NCBI GenBank assembly: GCA_009786185.1
Contig: WQTS01000144.1
Span: forward strand, 46,127-110,126
Origin: Bacteroidota bacterium
GTDB lineage: Bacteria; Bacteroidota; Bacteroidia; Bacteroidales; WCHB1-69
Length of the DNA: 64,000 nucleotides
Direction: 5' to 3'
In this document: positions 7,771 through 15,272 of the stretch, in pieces
Numbering within the stretch: the first letter of the stretch is position 1
How the letters are laid out: the number at the start of each line of letters is the position of its first letter
Notes under the pieces: model-generated
Told to the model about the DNA's origin: nothing
Seen by the model: only the letters and a program-made list of their open reading frames with translations
Database searches by the model: none
Program-made: the position numbers and the translations under genes

Positions 7771-8595
7771 ATGAAAAAAATAATCATCTTATTATTTATT
7801 GCTATAGGTAGCTTACTTGTGTCCGCACAAGCTACACACGAATTTTCCATTCAAGGTGGGGGCGGATTGTCTACCCTCAATTATAAATTATCTGAAGGTA
7901 AGCACAGTCTCGGTTTTGGTGGAGATTTTGGACTGGGCTATACCTGTATCTTTAAAGAGAAGTGGGGTATCCATATTGGAGCAGGTTTGGGTTTATATAA
8001 TGCAAAAGTTAAACTTGATGATATAGAAGCAATTACGCCAAACCTCACCGACAGCGAAGGCGACTGCTTTAATATGCACACTATGCTTATCAACTACAAC
8101 GAAGCGCAAAAAACGATGTTTCTGAATATTCCAATTATGATACAATTCCAAACAAAAGGAAAGCAAAAAATCTACGCTAAAGCGGGGGGTAAAGTAGGCA
8201 TTCCATTAAACTGTAAATACAGCGTATCGGATGCCACACTTACCAATGTCGCTTATTATCCTGACTATAACAATTGGATGGCTATGCCGGAGTTTGCAGG
8301 CTTTGGTACTTTTACCAATCAAAAATCTGATGGGGAACTCAAATTGGGCATAGCAGCAATGCTTGCACTCGAAGCCGGAGTAAAATGGAAACTCGGCGAA
8401 AATCTTGTGCTCTATACTGGTGTCTATTTTGACTACGGGTTGAATAATATTCTTAAAAATAACGACCAACATTTTGTGAATTATGAAAATTCTTATCCTG
8501 CGGAATTTACAACTAACAGCGCACTCTCTTCTTTTACCGGAAATGTCAATCTTATGGCAATGGGGATTAAGTTGAGGTTGGCGTTAATAAATTAA
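7771..8595 (+). CDS. Outer-membrane beta-barrel protein, ~275 aa, homologous to 57619..58530
   Basis: Signal peptide MKKIIILLFIAIGSLLVSAQA and beta-strand periodicity. FLNIPIMIQFQTKGKQKIYAKAGGKVGIPL aligns with VFVPIYVGFQTAQRKTNFFFQAGGKIGYMF of the 303-aa protein. The start at 7771 avoids an overlap with the CTD of the upstream gene. Confidence 0.7.
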   Translation: MKKIIILLFIAIGSLLVSAQATHEFSIQGGGGLSTLNYKLSEGKHSLGFGGDFGLGYTCIFKEKWGIHIGAGLGLYNAKVKLDDIEAITPNLTDSEGDCFNMHTMLINYNEAQKTMFLNIPIMIQFQTKGKQKIYAKAGGKVGIPLNCKYSVSDATLTNVAYYPDYNNWMAMPEFAGFGTFTNQKSDGELKLGIAAMLALEAGVKWKLGENLVLYTGVYFDYGLNNILKNNDQHFVNYENSYPAEFTTNSALSSFTGNVNLMAMGIKLRLALIN

Positions 8596-8621
8596 GAATT
8601 TAGTTATAACATTCTGTATCC

Positions 8622-8659
8622 CAACCCCCTAAAAACCTTAGGGGGTTGTTTGTTTTTTT
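8622..8659 (+). terminator. Rho-independent terminator (CAACCCCCTAAAAACCTTAGGGGGTTG + T-run)
   Basis: GC-rich palindromic stem followed by TTTGTTTTTTT. Confidence 0.7.
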
Positions 8660-8701
8660 CTAAAAAAATTAGGGCGCTTGACTTACTTAATTAGTTGAAA
8701 A

Positions 8702-8735
8702 TTTGAATATTTCATAACTTTACATGCTATTTTTG
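8702..8735 (+). promoter_or_regulatory. Bacteroidota-type promoter: -33 TTTG (8702-8705) and -7 TATTTTTG (8728-8735)
   Basis: Same geometry (22-nt spacer) and same flanking blocks as the promoter at 1577..1610. Confidence 0.55.
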
Positions 8736-8804
8736 CAATAGAAAAAACAACGAAAAAATCGTTCAACAAAAAAGCAAAATTACGAACCTAAAAAATCAAT
8801 CTGT

Positions 8805-9230
8805 ATGAAAAAGCAAGTAAAAAAATCAATCATCTTAATAGGAATTATTGCAATGTCTATCTTACACCTATCAGCTAAAGAAAACAAAGAACTTTATATA
8901 AGCGCGGAAAACAATCTTTTACGTGGATATATTATTCCAATTGCGGAAAGTTATATAGGTAAGAAAATTTTTCTTTATGCTGATTTAGAGAATGACAAGC
9001 TTACATTAAATGTAAATAATTTGAACGCCGTGAGCTATCACATTATTGACGCAAATGGCAAAGTTTATGAAAAAAGTATACCAAAAAATAAAATTACACG
9101 CATAGATATCAGCGATTTGCAACAAGGGACTTATTATCTCACCGTTGAGAAAAGAAATAAAACTGTACTATTATTTAAAATCGTTAAAAAAACAAATGCA
9201 AAAAAATGTACATTTGCAAACCTCTTTTAA
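8805..9230 (+). CDS. 141-aa secreted mini-protein that is essentially a stand-alone T9SS-CTD-like module
   Basis: Has a signal peptide. LTLNVNNLNAVSYHIIDANGKVYEK...TRIDISDLQQGTYYLTVEKRNKTVLLFKIVKK follows the CTD pattern (x.I.D..Gk.v....idis.L..G.Y.l.v). Confidence 0.55.
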   Translation: MKKQVKKSIILIGIIAMSILHLSAKENKELYISAENNLLRGYIIPIAESYIGKKIFLYADLENDKLTLNVNNLNAVSYHIIDANGKVYEKSIPKNKITRIDISDLQQGTYYLTVEKRNKTVLLFKIVKKTNAKKCTFANLF

Positions 9231-9253
9231 AAAACTTTTTAAATTCTAAAAAT

Positions 9254-10669
9254 ATGTTTTACAAACTAAAAACACTTTGGCAATGTTTCACAAAAGATAA
9301 ATATGTTTTCTTTGATATTAATGAAGCTTCTCTTGCATTAGCCAAGGATATTGTAAAACATAAACGAGGCGCCGTGCTGTTTCTTAAAGATAAACCGTTA
9401 AAAAAACGCCTGCTTAAAAACAAAACGTATCTATTCTTTCTATCCGAGCACGATGATGCGAATATTCAATCGGTTTTATCATTTTTCACAACATGGAAAC
9501 GTGATGAATTTAAAAAAGTGCAACATAATTTAGAGTTGATTGTTCGCATACAAAACGAGTTAATGTATCCGGTGGTTGAAAATTATATAAAAAGTGCTCC
9601 TTTTAAAATATCTTATACGCTTTTTAATGATTCGGAACTGATAGCTTCCGAGTTAGTTAAAAAATTTCATCCTATTGATACGCTTAACGTAAATACACAA
9701 AACGCAACGGTGAACGATATTTATGAGGCGCTCATTGTTGGATTTGACGTAACCGGAAATTCAATTTTAAGAAAATTGATTGAAGCCACACAGTTTGTGG
9801 GAACCCAATTTAAAACTACGGTAATGGCAAACGATGCAATTACAAGTTTGGGATGTTTTTTAAACCATTACCCCGAAATGAAAAAGCATTATGCTATTGA
9901 TTTTTTGAATTATGAAATGGGAAGCGATGATTTTTCAGCGTGGTTATGCCAACATGTTACGACATTGAAACAGATTATTATTTCTACAGGAAATGATGAA
10001 AAAAACATTGCCATTGCTTCTGAGCTAAATCTCTTTTTGAAAAATCGTGATATTCATAACATTCCTATTATTATTGTGGTTCGCAGCAATGAACCTACAT
10101 TTTGGGAGCAAGCGAACGAATATTCCTTAATGCATTGTGTAGGCAAAAGTGAAGCAATATTTACCGAAAGTAAAGTGCTGAAATTAGATTATTTACATCA
10201 AGCAAAAGCGATACATCAATTCTATAACCAATTGAAACCTTTTGCGCAACGCATTCCATGGGAGCAACTTTCAGACATAAAAAAAGAATCGAATATTGCC
10301 GTGTCGGAGTCGCTTTATGCTAAACTGAAATTGATGGGCAAGACAGCCGATGAGGTAAAAGAAATGTCGGAAATACAGTTTCAGCTATTTCTACAGGAAC
10401 ACCCCGAGCGGCTGTTAAATTTAGCCATTGCAGAACATTTGCGATGGAATGCCACTTATTTTGCACATGGTTGGAGAACGTGGCATCTGTCGGAAATACC
10501 GGAAGACGCTCCGCATCAAGATGAAACAAAAAAACTACATGCCTGTTTGGTGGATTGGAGTACTCTGAAAGAACTTGAAAAACGCTTTGATGTTCCTTTT
10601 CAAATTTATGATTATAATAATATCATGATAATGCGGTCATTGCTCGCAAATAATATATTAGCTTCATAA
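9254..10669 (+). CDS. Cytoplasmic protein with degenerate tandem Rossmann (TrkA_N-like) regions and a C-terminal RyR-like repeat domain
   Basis: ALIVGFDVTGNSILRKL resembles the GxGxxG strand-loop. The C-terminal IPWEQLSDIKKESNIAVSESLYAKLKLMG ... AEHLRWNATYFAHGW ... DETKKLHACLVDWSTL follows the bacterial RyR-domain pattern. Start chosen at MFYKL (9254), after the stop of the previous gene. Confidence 0.5.
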   Translation: MFYKLKTLWQCFTKDKYVFFDINEASLALAKDIVKHKRGAVLFLKDKPLKKRLLKNKTYLFFLSEHDDANIQSVLSFFTTWKRDEFKKVQHNLELIVRIQNELMYPVVENYIKSAPFKISYTLFNDSELIASELVKKFHPIDTLNVNTQNATVNDIYEALIVGFDVTGNSILRKLIEATQFVGTQFKTTVMANDAITSLGCFLNHYPEMKKHYAIDFLNYEMGSDDFSAWLCQHVTTLKQIIISTGNDEKNIAIASELNLFLKNRDIHNIPIIIVVRSNEPTFWEQANEYSLMHCVGKSEAIFTESKVLKLDYLHQAKAIHQFYNQLKPFAQRIPWEQLSDIKKESNIAVSESLYAKLKLMGKTADEVKEMSEIQFQLFLQEHPERLLNLAIAEHLRWNATYFAHGWRTWHLSEIPEDAPHQDETKKLHACLVDWSTLKELEKRFDVPFQIYDYNNIMIMRSLLANNILAS

Positions 10670-10676
10670 AAAAGAT

Positions 10677-12542
10677 ATGACTACAAACATTGTACCTATG
10701 AAAATACAATCTGCCCTTTTTTCAAAAATTTACATCCCATTTCTTGTCGCATTGTTGTGGGTTCCGATGATAGGGTATGGACAAACGTCCAAATGTTTTG
10801 ATCTTGAGAAGATTAAAAAAATGTACGCTTCCACTTTTCTTGAGGTAAACTCCATGCTTTTTCAGGAGAATTGGGAAATTATTGCCAATTCAAATCAGGC
10901 GCCTTTTGTTTTTGGAAATGACACGTTAATGTATGATAATTTTTCACAATGGATATATCAATTATCTGTAGATAAATGGTTTGTTTCTCAATATAGAAAA
11001 AAAGAGCAAGACCCGATATTAGTCATACAAACTTCAAAAACTTGTTACGAAACCCTTGAATCTGAGTTGCAAAAGAATAAATCTATTGCCCAAATCATAA
11101 TGGAAGATTCTGTGCAGCGTTTGCGTATTTTTCAAATTCGGGAAGGAATGGATATTGTTTTTCCGCCGCGCAAGAGCCGCCAGCCTTATATCATCATAGT
11201 AGGTAATTATGCGCAAATAAGCTCCTTAATAAAAATACAAAACGCAGAAAAAGAAGAGTATGAAAAAACGTTGCAAAAGCAACAACAGCTTATTCAAACG
11301 GCAATGGAACAGGCAGATTTATTAAGAAATACAGAAGATTACGAAAACGCAATGCTTGTGTTGAAACAAATTGCAAACCAGCATTTTATTGAAAGAGAAG
11401 AGTTGATTATTGAGTTTCAGGAAGTGAATAATAAAATAGACACCGTAAAGAAAGAACTTGATATAAAGAACTTCAATCTTTATATTCAACTTGCCGATGA
11501 AGCTTTTGCCGCAGGAAAATATGTTTTAGCAAAAGAATATTTACTGAAAGCTCAGCAAATTGATCCCACTTCTCCCATTGTACTGCAAAAATTGAAAGAG
11601 ATAGAAAAAGTAGAATCCATGTTTTTAATTCGGAGAGACACAACTTTCGATTATGTACTTTACAATAGAAAAACAAGCGATGAAATTCAAACCGATATTT
11701 TTAAAAGACTTAGAAATTATTTCTTGAATCTTGATGCAGGAGATATTCAATTTGCTTATACGTTGCATACCGATACGTTGGGGCAAAATGTGTCTTCTCA
11801 TCAAATCAATATCTTCTCGTTGCGCCCAAATGCCAAGTCATCTTTTCCTATGAGCACCGAAGCAACGTGGTCTTTATTTTTAGATACATTGTTCATCATT
11901 CGACCTATTCCGGCGGTTACAATAGATCATCTTTATGTAAACGCTGCGACTACATTTCAAAATACGTCTTCATGGAGCTCATCATTAGTAAAAGTGTCTA
12001 ATGGTGGAAGAAGGATCAGAATTTCGCCACCCAATATTCCTGTTGCCGAAAAACGCACATTAGAAAAATATTTCCTAAGCAACCACTCATTCCCAAAAGG
12101 CAAATACACTATTGAAAAAAAGAAAATTATACATCAAGATTCATTATATACTACATTAGCTTTGAAGAAAATCTATACGGTGGGACCTGAAGCTATGTTG
12201 TATTCCATGCTGTTTCCGGGTGCCGGATCTTTAGCAGCTACGCAAGGCAAAAAGGGATGGGGCGCTTTTAGTACTTTTATTATATTTGGCGGCATAGGAG
12301 CAGCAGGACTTTTAGTTTCAGATCGCTTGGCAAAAAAGGGAGACACGGATCCAAAAACAATTAATGCCGTAAAATATGCTTCTTTTGGTTCGCTTGGCGT
12401 GGCCGGTGTTATTTATATTTGCGATGTTTTTATAGCTTTGAAACGAGGCATAGACAATCAGAAAAAATCTCGCGCCATAAAAGCAAAGCTCAAAGAAGAT
12501 ACCCTCTTTATTCAAGAATTTCCTCAACAAATTGAATTTTAG
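10677..12542 (+). CDS. 621-aa envelope protein: N-terminal signal/anchor, coiled-coil plus one TPR-like unit, large periplasmic region and a C-terminal Gly-rich multi-TM segment
   Basis: N-terminal IYIPFLVALLWVPMIGYGQ. TPR-like ADEAFAAGKYVLAKEYLLKAQQIDP. The C-terminal MLFPGAGSLAATQGKKGWGAFSTFIIFGGIGAAGLLV and SFGSLGVAGVIYICDVFIAL are hydrophobic helices. Confidence 0.55.
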   Translation: MTTNIVPMKIQSALFSKIYIPFLVALLWVPMIGYGQTSKCFDLEKIKKMYASTFLEVNSMLFQENWEIIANSNQAPFVFGNDTLMYDNFSQWIYQLSVDKWFVSQYRKKEQDPILVIQTSKTCYETLESELQKNKSIAQIIMEDSVQRLRIFQIREGMDIVFPPRKSRQPYIIIVGNYAQISSLIKIQNAEKEEYEKTLQKQQQLIQTAMEQADLLRNTEDYENAMLVLKQIANQHFIEREELIIEFQEVNNKIDTVKKELDIKNFNLYIQLADEAFAAGKYVLAKEYLLKAQQIDPTSPIVLQKLKEIEKVESMFLIRRDTTFDYVLYNRKTSDEIQTDIFKRLRNYFLNLDAGDIQFAYTLHTDTLGQNVSSHQINIFSLRPNAKSSFPMSTEATWSLFLDTLFIIRPIPAVTIDHLYVNAATTFQNTSSWSSSLVKVSNGGRRIRISPPNIPVAEKRTLEKYFLSNHSFPKGKYTIEKKKIIHQDSLYTTLALKKIYTVGPEAMLYSMLFPGAGSLAATQGKKGWGAFSTFIIFGGIGAAGLLVSDRLAKKGDTDPKTINAVKYASFGSLGVAGVIYICDVFIALKRGIDNQKKSRAIKAKLKEDTLFIQEFPQQIEF

Positions 12543-12545
12543 CCA

Positions 12546-13460
12546 ATGAAAGATTTCGACATTTTTATTAGTTATTCTTCAAACGACAGATCCATTGCCG
12601 ATCAATTGGTAACGCACATTGAACAAGCAGGATATACCTGCTGGATTGCCCCAAGAAATATTGAAGGCGGCGCCGAATACAGTGAAGTGATAGAAAAAGC
12701 CATATTAAAATGTAAGATTTTTTTGCTTGTTTTTTCAGAAAACTCTGCAAACTCTCCTTGGGTAAAAAGTGAATTAAATATCGCTTTTTCAGAAAATAAA
12801 TACCTCATTCCCTATAAAATAGACGCAACACCCTTGAAAGGAACCATGCGTTTGCTTTTAAATGATAAACACTGGATTGCAAACAATGAAGATGAAAACA
12901 AACAAATGAACCTGCTCCTTTCTGCCATTCAAAATTATTTTACGAAGTTGGAAAAAGGGGAAGCAGAAAATTTCTCCGGAAATCCTTTTTATTTGGAGGT
13001 CGCCAAACAAAAAAAGAGAAAGAAAATTATTTTGAGCGCTTCATTTATTGGTCTTCTTATTGTAATAGGGGTAATTATATTTGGCATTGTTTTTTCATCT
13101 AATCAAAAACATCTTAAACAATACAACGATTTAATAACGCAGGCTTTTTCTATACAAGAAACATCGGTTAATGATTTTATCGTCATGCGTAACCTGCTAC
13201 TTAAAGCGCAAGAAATTGAAAACGAGATTCCTGTGTCGCAGCGAAAAGATATTTCCGGGATTTTGTTTCAAATTGACTTTAAATTAGATTCCATTCACTA
13301 CAAAAACCTTGAAGATGCTCGCTGGTTTGCCATACCGGAAACGAAACACGGAGATAAACAAGCTATAGAACGTTATAAATTGGCATTGCAAGCCAAAGAA
13401 GATTCGGTAGCACGTAACGAACTTAATATAATTTTATCAAGAAAGGGTAATTATGAATAG
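12546..13460 (+). CDS. TIR-domain protein with a single TM helix and a ~115-aa extracytoplasmic tail
   Basis: N-terminal DIFISYSSNDRSIADQL...CWIAPRNIEGGAEYSEVIEKAILKCKIFLLVFSENSANSPWVKSELNIAF is a TIR_2-type domain. The conserved Glu is at residue 76 (nt 12771-12773). The TM helix is IILSASFIGLLIVIGVIIFGIVFS (residues ~161-184). Confidence 0.85.
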   Translation: MKDFDIFISYSSNDRSIADQLVTHIEQAGYTCWIAPRNIEGGAEYSEVIEKAILKCKIFLLVFSENSANSPWVKSELNIAFSENKYLIPYKIDATPLKGTMRLLLNDKHWIANNEDENKQMNLLLSAIQNYFTKLEKGEAENFSGNPFYLEVAKQKKRKKIILSASFIGLLIVIGVIIFGIVFSSNQKHLKQYNDLITQAFSIQETSVNDFIVMRNLLLKAQEIENEIPVSQRKDISGILFQIDFKLDSIHYKNLEDARWFAIPETKHGDKQAIERYKLALQAKEDSVARNELNIILSRKGNYE

Positions 13461-15270
13461 ATTTTTTCTTTTTCTATGTTTTTTATTTTTAACGAACTTG
13501 TTGTATTCGCAATGCTATGAACCTATGCGTAAAGACGGTATTACTTTTTATAACAGAGGCGAATATCCGAAAGCGATTAATTGTTTTATGGCAGCGCAAC
13601 GATGCCCTGATAAGCCGGCAACTCACGATCTAAATAAATGGATTGCCGATTGTAATGCCAAAATCAATGCAGTACCGACAACTTCAAAAACGCAATCACA
13701 AGTTTGTTATGTCCCTATTTTGAAAGCGGCACAGGTTTCTTTTTTTAACGATAACTTTGTGGATGCCAAAGGATTATTCATCGAAGCCCGAAAATGTTCA
13801 GATCTTCCTGTAGATAATGAATTGGCGTTTTGGATTAAAATTTGCGACGATCAACTTGAGTTCTTAGATTGTATTGCAGAAAATTACACTCCATTTTATC
13901 TCAAAGGGAACGAGTTTTTCAGAAGAGGTGATTTTGAAAAATCCAAAGAAAATTACCTTCTCGCTTCACAAAGTGAATGTATTCCCAATGATTTGGATGT
14001 GTACGTAAAAATTGCGGCATGCGACCAAAAAATCAGAGAAAAACGCTTCAATACATTGCTTCACGATACCATATCGGTTAATTTTTGGGGAAAAGAAGGT
14101 GTTTTTATGGGACATGTACAATTTAATAAACCTAATGGCAAGGGATTATTATTATTTACGAAAGATCCGGTGTTTAAAAGTATTGAGGGCGATTTTAAAA
14201 ACGGAGAACCGATAGGAACGGTTCATTGCATCTTTAACAATCACGATGAATTTACAGGAACGCTTAAAGATGATGGTTTTGAAATCGGCACTTATAAATA
14301 CGCAAATGGTGATATTTATGACGGCTCTTTTAACCAACGAGTACCTAACGGAGAAGGCACAATGCGCTATACCAACGGTGATGTTTATACCGGTAGAATG
14401 GTCAATGGGAAAAAAGAAGGGATAGGAAAATTAACAGTAAAATCGGGATATATTGCCAATGCTCAAGGTGCAACAGCGTATGAGGGCATTTGGTCAGCCA
14501 ATCAGAAAGGTTTTGGAAAATGTTATGACGACAAAGGAGTCTTGATTCACGAAGGTGTTTTTATTAACGATTTTCCGGAAAAAGATTATCCCAATCGTGT
14601 AATGCGTATTTCATTCACATGGGTAGAAGTGCCTGCAGGAACTTTTACCATGGGATGTACATCGTTGCGAGATTGTACGGGCAGAGACCGTCCGGCGCGT
14701 ACCGTAACGCTTTCTGAGTTTCAAATCAGCGATAAGCAAGTTACGGTTGCTCAATACCGTACATTCTGCGAAGCTACAGGACGAAGTATGCCAACCAGAC
14801 CTTCTTGGGGCTGGGAAGACGACCACCCAATTGTTAATGTTACTTGGAACGATGCCGTAGCCTTTTGCCAGTGGACCAATTGCAGGTTACCCACCGAAGC
14901 CGAGTGGGAATATGCTGCCCAAGGTGCTATAGAGCCACGCCAAAAATTGTATAGCGGAAGCAATAACTTGAGAGAAGTGGGATATTTTATGGATAACACT
15001 TCGCGTGTTAGATCGGTAGGGCAGAAAAAACCCAATGAATTGCTGATTTATGATATGTCCGGCAATGTAAGTGAGTGGGTATCCGATTGGTTTGATGTTT
15101 ACCCTCAAGGTGCGCAGAAAGATCCTCAAGGAGCTTCTCAAGGAACTCATAGGGTGGTGCGAGGCGGTAACTGGTTTAGTAGTGAAGAAGAATGCAGGAT
15201 AACTTACCGTGGAATATGCGAACCTCACTTAGGTAACACTTATCTCGGATTTAGAGTAGTGCGCAATTGA
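13453..15270 (+). CDS. Secreted protein with three Cys4 helical modules, MORN repeats and a C-terminal FGE-sulfatase (SUMF1-like) domain
   Basis: Signal peptide MNRFFLFLCFLFLTNLLYSQ. MORN-like YANGDIYDGSFNQRVPNGEGTMRYTNGDVYTGRMVNGKKEG. FGE hallmarks are VTVAQYRTFCEATG, NVTWNDAVAFCQW, RLPTEAEWEYAAQG, SGNVSEWVSDWF, RVVRGGNW and LGFRVVRN. It overlaps the previous gene by 8 nt. Confidence 0.85.
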   Translation: MNRFFLFLCFLFLTNLLYSQCYEPMRKDGITFYNRGEYPKAINCFMAAQRCPDKPATHDLNKWIADCNAKINAVPTTSKTQSQVCYVPILKAAQVSFFNDNFVDAKGLFIEARKCSDLPVDNELAFWIKICDDQLEFLDCIAENYTPFYLKGNEFFRRGDFEKSKENYLLASQSECIPNDLDVYVKIAACDQKIREKRFNTLLHDTISVNFWGKEGVFMGHVQFNKPNGKGLLLFTKDPVFKSIEGDFKNGEPIGTVHCIFNNHDEFTGTLKDDGFEIGTYKYANGDIYDGSFNQRVPNGEGTMRYTNGDVYTGRMVNGKKEGIGKLTVKSGYIANAQGATAYEGIWSANQKGFGKCYDDKGVLIHEGVFINDFPEKDYPNRVMRISFTWVEVPAGTFTMGCTSLRDCTGRDRPARTVTLSEFQISDKQVTVAQYRTFCEATGRSMPTRPSWGWEDDHPIVNVTWNDAVAFCQWTNCRLPTEAEWEYAAQGAIEPRQKLYSGSNNLREVGYFMDNTSRVRSVGQKKPNELLIYDMSGNVSEWVSDWFDVYPQGAQKDPQGASQGTHRVVRGGNWFSSEEECRITYRGICEPHLGNTYLGFRVVRN

Positions 15271-15272
15271 TG

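Larger units (their letters stand above)
8622..8767 (+). repeat. Terminator-promoter cassette, copy B
   Basis: See 1497..1641. Confidence 0.85.

Noticed and set aside
1680-8595. Prophage or tailocin remnant, suggested by the phage tail-collar domain
   Set aside because: There are no capsid, portal, terminase, sheath, tube, baseplate, lysis or integrase genes and no att-like flanks. All products carry Sec signals and T9SS or OM features, which points to a cellular surface system.
12546-15270. Sulfatase-maturation role for the FGE-domain protein, with the TIR gene merely adjacent
   Set aside because: There is no sulfatase or anaerobic maturase gene in the window. The 8-nt overlap with the TIR gene and the fusion to MORN/Cys modules argue for a non-enzymatic sensor role. 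This remains an inference and is listed as a finding to test.
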